From Herpetosiphon gulosus (GTDB lineage: Bacteria; Chloroflexota; Chloroflexia; Chloroflexales; Herpetosiphonaceae): DNA of 64,000 bases. The DNA is taken from assembly GCF_039545135.1 (NCBI RefSeq), contig NZ_BAABRU010000004.1, positions 258,427-322,426 of the forward strand, given 5' to 3'. The notes under the pieces were generated by a model. It searched no databases, had not been told where the DNA came from, and saw only the letters and a program-made list of their open reading frames with translations. The position numbers and the translations under genes were made by a program. This document shows, in pieces, positions 60,501 through 64,000 of the stretch; the first letter of the stretch is position 1, and every line of letters starts with the position of its first letter.

Positions 60501-60718
60501 CGGTCAACAGCCAAACCGCGAGCGTCAATAGCAGCCTTGCGCCAAATACCAGCAAAACCTACACCATTGCTGTGCGCAGCGTGGGCAATTTCGTTGGTAG
60601 CGTTGGTAACACCGCTGTACTCAACAGCAACATTAACTTGACTGCCGATAGCGTAACAGTTAATGCAACTTCAACTCCAAGCTTTACCGTTTACATGCCA
60701 TTAGTGACCAAAAACTAA
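57563..60718 (+). CDS. extracellular nuclease, ExeM/NucH-like (lamin-tail domain plus endonuclease/exonuclease/phosphatase plus C-terminal CARDB/DUF11-like repeats)
   Basis: LTD motif (LVISQFQTAGGTADDEFIEIHN), EEP boundaries (GINVLNYFNTFGNG ... SDHDPIVVGFDL) and a signal peptide. GTG start after a GGAGG Shine-Dalgarno (the ORF track begins at 57551). Confidence 0.65.
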   Translation: MQFKGLRLLTALTMLFTLIGTSLSATYTTPTSAVSTSLVISQFQTAGGTADDEFIEIHNISANPVDLNGHRVVYRAAAGVNDVSIASWTTSVVIPAGGFYLLGRATSYDGTVTADTTFGSGISGTGGGFAIRNGALNTGTIIDSVGFGGATNEFVEGTVVAAPSANNSAQRNNSSCTDTDNNTADFSLLTPSDPRNSASTAVTCGPPPPDVTPTVASTVPANAANNVALNANITLTFSEPVTTTDTWYTISCTSGTRTASVTGGPTSYVLDPSSDFAMNDACTVTVIASQVTDQDDTPDQMAQDYSFSFNAAGLTCSGGTVTPIGQVQGTGETSPSNGSVVTVQGTVVADFEGAQPALRGFYLQDAGDSNTATSDGIFVFNGGADQVSLGQVVRVTGTAGENQGQTQLSGTLTVELCGTTNTVTPTQVSLPFASTTDAERYEGMLVQFNQKLVVSEHYLLARFGQVTLSLNERLMQPTNVVSPGAPALALQAQNNLHKIILDDPFNNQNADPILFGRGGTGLSAANTLRAGDSITNLQGVMTYTWGGNSASPNNYRVRVTQSPNFVAENQRPTSLELDGSLRVAGINVLNYFNTFGNGNCTGGVGGSATDCRGAENSAEFLRQADKTVAAIIMTQADIIGLMEIENDGFGNNSAVQDLVNRLNAATAPGTYALIDVDARTGQTNILGTDAIKVDMIYKPGKVSLAGTTAVLNTGAFGSFTTGSGTTGRNRPALTQSFTETSSGETFTVVVNHLKSKGSACTDNVSPVPSDPDLGDGQGNCNLTRKTAAQELVAWLNTDPTNVDDSDYLIIGDLNSYAMEDPITAIRNAGYVNIPKTLLGDEAYSYIFDGQTGSLDHALASTSLFSQVADVQELHINADEPIALDYNTNFKSPGQVVSLYNNDAYRASDHDPIVVGFDLGAEPTANFNTSAKTVSSTSVEQGEVFTYTLTIRNTGTAEGSFSLSDVINSNLEIVGVTGGLTVNSQTASVNSSLAPNTSKTYTIAVRSVGNFVGSVGNTAVLNSNINLTADSVTVNATSTPSFTVYMPLVTKN

Positions 60719-60928
60719 TTCGGCTCAACTTCAAGCGCCCAGCACCAATTACTGGTGTTGGGCGCTTTTTGGTTAATCAGCCTAAAGCCACTATTCACCA
60801 ATTTGAATGCTCAAAACCAATTAATGCTCCAGCATTACCTAACGATCAATAGGCCAAATTGGTGCTTGCATGGGCGCATCGCAGGTTGTAATCTAGCAGC
60901 ACCACAGCGAATCAATTTGGAGAGAGAG

Positions 60929-62020
60929 ATGCTTGCTTTTTGGCATACCTATCAACGGGTCAAACATGGAAGTTGGAGCTTGGTTTTGGGCTTGGCTTTG
61001 GTAGCTTGCTCAATTCCAGGCAATTACTCCTCGGATAATCCACCAACCAGCCCACCAGCCGAACTCCAAATCGAAGCAGGATTCACAATTGCCCCCATCA
61101 TTACTAGCCTCGATCAGCCAACTGGACTAGCGTTTGATCCCCAAGGGCATTTGTATATTGCCCAACGCTCAGGCAACGTACTGATCAGCGACGGAACCAA
61201 CCCACCCCGTGAGTATGCGACTGGCTTCAACAAGCCGTTGAGTTTGCATTGGTTCGAGCAGGCGTTGTATGTGGTCGAGCAAGGCCAAATTCAGCGCTTG
61301 AGCGATGGCAATGGCGATGGCATAGTCGATCAGCAAACGGTTTTATTAAGCGATCTGCCTGATCAAATTGAGGCGGCCACGCTGGTTTCCGATGCTCAGG
61401 GTTGGCTCTATCTCGGCGTGGGTACACGTGCCGATCATACGGCAACCGCCGGAATTCAAGAGGGCTATATTCGGCGTTTTCGCGCCGATGGCAGCGAATC
61501 GAGCGTGTATGCAACTGGTTTGCGCATGCCATTTGGTTTAGCCTTCGATCCACAGCAACAGCTTTATGCCACCGACAACGGGCGCGAAGGCCTTGGCGAC
61601 GATCTCCCGCCCGATGAAGTTAATCGGATTACGGCTGGAGCCGATTATGGTTGGCCGCGTTGTTGGGGCCAGCGCCAGCCTGACGCTGATGGCGGCGGCG
61701 ATGCCGCCAACTGCGCAAGCACCAACGAGCCAGTTGCGCTTTTGCCCGCCCATAGCGGCGTAACCGGAATTGTGTTCTATCAGGGCACAGCATTTCCGGC
61801 CAATTATCACGGCGATGCCTTCATTGGCTTATCAGGTTCATGGTATAGCCAAGAACTACGTGGCCATAGCATCGTGCGCATGGATGCCGAAACTCAACAG
61901 ATTGAGCCATTCGCCAGTGGTTTTGGCCGCCCTGTTGGTTTAGTGATTGACCCGCAAGGCCAATTGTTGGTTGCTGATTATGACCGTGGCACAATCGTGA
62001 TGATCGCTGCCCAACCTTAA
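60929..62020 (+). CDS. PQQ-dependent sugar (glucose/sorbosone) dehydrogenase-like beta-propeller lipoprotein
   Basis: Lipobox LVACS after the signal peptide. DQPTGLAFDPQGHLYIAQ and YATDNGREG propeller motifs. The start ATG follows GGAGAGAGAG. Confidence 0.6.
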   Translation: MLAFWHTYQRVKHGSWSLVLGLALVACSIPGNYSSDNPPTSPPAELQIEAGFTIAPIITSLDQPTGLAFDPQGHLYIAQRSGNVLISDGTNPPREYATGFNKPLSLHWFEQALYVVEQGQIQRLSDGNGDGIVDQQTVLLSDLPDQIEAATLVSDAQGWLYLGVGTRADHTATAGIQEGYIRRFRADGSESSVYATGLRMPFGLAFDPQQQLYATDNGREGLGDDLPPDEVNRITAGADYGWPRCWGQRQPDADGGGDAANCASTNEPVALLPAHSGVTGIVFYQGTAFPANYHGDAFIGLSGSWYSQELRGHSIVRMDAETQQIEPFASGFGRPVGLVIDPQGQLLVADYDRGTIVMIAAQP

Positions 62021-62043
62021 CATACCAAGAAAGTAGCTATCAT

Positions 62044-62526
62044 ATGCCAAATGTTATTAGCATTGCCTGTGGTGTAACTCCATGGGCTTTCAGAATTTCA
62101 ACAACAACCGCCTGGTTATGGAGCAGCCTGCTCGTAGCGGCGACGATTTGGGCTAAAGCAATGGGATTAATGTTCTATGATTGGTTCGCTGATCGCTCGG
62201 CATGGCTCGATGGCATCCGTTTAACTATCGGCAACCTGCTTGTTATTTGGTTAAGCTATGTCGTTTTTCGCTCACCTGACACGATCTATACCAGTTTCAT
62301 CGGCTGCATGATGCTGGATTATCTCACCATGAGCTGGATTATCAAGCAACGGTCGGTCAAAGCAATTAATCGTGATCCAGTCGGTCAGCTTCAAGTTGTT
62401 GATCATAAGCCAACGATGTATGAATCGCCAATCAAAATTGCTGTAATGATTAATTTGTTTGCGATTGCGGCGGCAATTCTTGGTAGTTTACTCTTTTTCT
62501 TCGTCAGTGTATTTGTGTTGAGCTAA
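62044..62526 (+). CDS. small membrane protein, paralog 1 of a tandem triplet (unknown function)
   Basis: N-terminal ISIACGVTPWA; 3 to 4 transmembrane segments; C-terminal DPVGQLQVVD...IAVMINLFAIAAAILG. Confidence 0.5.
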   Translation: MPNVISIACGVTPWAFRISTTTAWLWSSLLVAATIWAKAMGLMFYDWFADRSAWLDGIRLTIGNLLVIWLSYVVFRSPDTIYTSFIGCMMLDYLTMSWIIKQRSVKAINRDPVGQLQVVDHKPTMYESPIKIAVMINLFAIAAAILGSLLFFFVSVFVLS

Positions 62527-62545
62527 ATGAGCGCAAGGAGCAGTT

Positions 62546-63025
62546 ATGCAGCAGATTGTAATTGCTTGTGGCTACAATCCATTTGGCTATGTCATTGTAT
62601 TCTTCATCGTATTCATTCCCTTTGCAATGACTTTAGGGATTAAATGGTTTTTCTTAGCCAAAACTCCTCGGTCACCTCGTCGTTCATTATTTCTCGATAG
62701 TTTTGGATTAACATTCATCGCCGGAATAGTCATTGGCTTAGTTCTATTCTCTTTCTCTGTTTTACCCAGTTCTATGCTTATGATAGAAATTGGATTTTTC
62801 TATTCTTATCAAATTTTTATTTGGGCCATCGTTTGTATTATCGATACATTATTAATCAAACGCTGGTCACTCAAACCCAAAGCTCAAGCAATCAGCCTAA
62901 GTGATGATCAGCAATTACAGGTTGAAGTGCTACCAAGCAAATATCAAGCTGCGTGGGTCGTAGCGCTTCAATCGAATACATTAATTGCGATCATAGTCGC
63001 TTTGTTTTTCCAAATGATCGATTAG
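62546..63025 (+). CDS. small membrane protein, paralog 2 of a tandem triplet
   Basis: MQQIVIACGYNPFG...DDQQLQVEVLPSKYQAAWVVALQSNTLIAII. Lowest GC of the three (about 38 percent). Confidence 0.5.
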   Translation: MQQIVIACGYNPFGYVIVFFIVFIPFAMTLGIKWFFLAKTPRSPRRSLFLDSFGLTFIAGIVIGLVLFSFSVLPSSMLMIEIGFFYSYQIFIWAIVCIIDTLLIKRWSLKPKAQAISLSDDQQLQVEVLPSKYQAAWVVALQSNTLIAIIVALFFQMID

Positions 63026-63042
63026 CGAGCAGCGAGGCAGCT

Positions 63043-63534
63043 ATGCAGCAGATAATAATTGCTTGTGGCATCAATCCCATCGGCGCACTGATTGAACTAA
63101 TCTTTTGGATTATCGGGTTTATCATGGCAATTTGGTTTGTGGTGGTGTTTAAAGCTTGGGCCTTCCCACGCAGTCAATGGGTCAATCGACGAGCACCAAT
63201 GCTTAAAAGTTTTATGATGTTGATGACTGGGGCAACGGTGGTAATTCTGGTTATGACGGGAATACATTTTCTTGCGCCTGCACTATTGAGCTATCGTTGG
63301 GGATCTGTACGCCAATATCATGTGATTCTACTACTGGCGCTTTGTGTTCACGATGCGTTGGTGATGAACTATTGGCTCGATCAAAGCTACGCCCAGACGA
63401 TAAGCCCTGATCCAAACCAACAAATGCAGGTTGATCCCGCTCGCAGCCATTGGTATCAACCGTGGGTCATTGCCTTTAGTACCAACCTATTGATCTTTCT
63501 CTGTTTGCTGCCAGTGTTTCGCTTAACCAATTGA
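63043..63534 (+). CDS. small membrane protein, paralog 3 of a tandem triplet
   Basis: MQQIIIACGINPIG...DPNQQMQVDPARSHWYQPWVIAFSTNLLIFL. The ORF track begins further upstream at 62953. Confidence 0.5.
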   Translation: MQQIIIACGINPIGALIELIFWIIGFIMAIWFVVVFKAWAFPRSQWVNRRAPMLKSFMMLMTGATVVILVMTGIHFLAPALLSYRWGSVRQYHVILLLALCVHDALVMNYWLDQSYAQTISPDPNQQMQVDPARSHWYQPWVIAFSTNLLIFLCLLPVFRLTN

Positions 63535-63694
63535 GTATCCAGCGTATTGCTTGCGAATTAACCAACCATGCCTCGCCCAAGTAAACTGATATCTTGCTGA
63601 TATTGCTGAGAGTTACTTGAAAAAGGGAACACAATTGGCCTGCTATCCGTTATGATAGCAACAGCCGAATCGATTTTAGTGTGTGGAGCATGGT

Positions 63695-64000
63695 ATGCGC
63701 TGGATACGCTGGTGTTGGCTGCTGTTGCTGATAGCCCTACCGATCAGTGCAGCATCGAGCCAAGAACAATCAAATGGGCTTGTTTGGCAGGTTGAGCCAG
63801 TTTTTGGCACGGTTTATCGCGCTGGTGAGTGGATGGCGTTGCGCGTCAAGGTCAGCAATACTGGTGTAGATCGCATGGTCGAAATTCATATTGGCAACTA
63901 CAATGTTGAGCTTGATGTGCCAGGTGGTTCGCAAAAAGAAACCTTGGTCTATGGCCAGTTTGATCAGGCCTTTCGGGTGCCGATGGCCATGTATTTAAAT
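63695..64000 (+). CDS. secreted hypothetical protein, 3'-truncated by the window edge
   Basis: MRWIRWCWLLLLIALPISAASSQEQ... signal peptide after a GGAG Shine-Dalgarno. Open to the end of the window. Confidence 0.4.
   Translation, partial: MRWIRWCWLLLLIALPISAASSQEQSNGLVWQVEPVFGTVYRAGEWMALRVKVSNTGVDRMVEIHIGNYNVELDVPGGSQKETLVYGQFDQAFRVPMAMYLN

Overview
The 64-kb window has three parts, told apart by base composition, strand bias and gene content. (1) Positions 1 to about 24.9 kb are a temperate siphovirus-like prophage, high GC and with almost all genes on the minus strand. Reading right to left it carries terminase small and large subunits, portal, scaffold, major capsid, head-tail connectors, a major tail protein, a 1136-aa tape measure and tail proteins that run off the left edge. 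A lysis cassette (amidase endolysin plus holin-like proteins) and a tyrosine integrase complete it. It ends at two tandem tRNA-Asn genes. Two very AT-rich cargo islands sit inside it. The first is a PARIS-like AriA (ABC ATPase) and AriB (DUF4435/TOPRIM) pair between the lysis genes and the integrase. The second is a fused OLD-family ATPase-TOPRIM nuclease, bracketed by two paralogous XRE-type HTH genes that each have their own promoter and repeated operators. (2) Positions 25.2 to 53.6 kb are host core genes of medium GC. They comprise a CobW/COG0523 GTPase; nuoIJKLMN (NuoL carries an unusual His-rich insert); an F420-type NADP reductase; MerR; proB, a histidine phosphatase and proA; secA; NUDIX; TetR; an NmrA-like reductase; a rhodanese; and a Rieske ferredoxin. 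There is also a rearranged suf cluster: sufR, sufC, sufD, then an inserted GxxExxY gene flanked by repeats, then sufS, sufU and sufB. Intergenic spacers carry several dispersed short repeat families (GATCCACGAAGGACACGAAG, GGATGAAGG multimers, CTATGTTCT/CTGACCCCT units, and GCTATAGGC/GGGCTATTGG palindromes). (3) Positions 53.7 to 64 kb hold a secreted hypothetical protein, a tRNA Phe-Val-Leu cluster, a secreted Pro/Thr-linker beta-helix protein, an LTD plus EEP extracellular nuclease (ExeM/NucH-like), a PQQ-type sugar dehydrogenase lipoprotein, and three tandem paralogous small membrane proteins of unknown function, followed by a 3'-truncated secreted protein. No rRNA and no CRISPR array were found. 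The host looks Chloroflexota-like, but this is uncertain.
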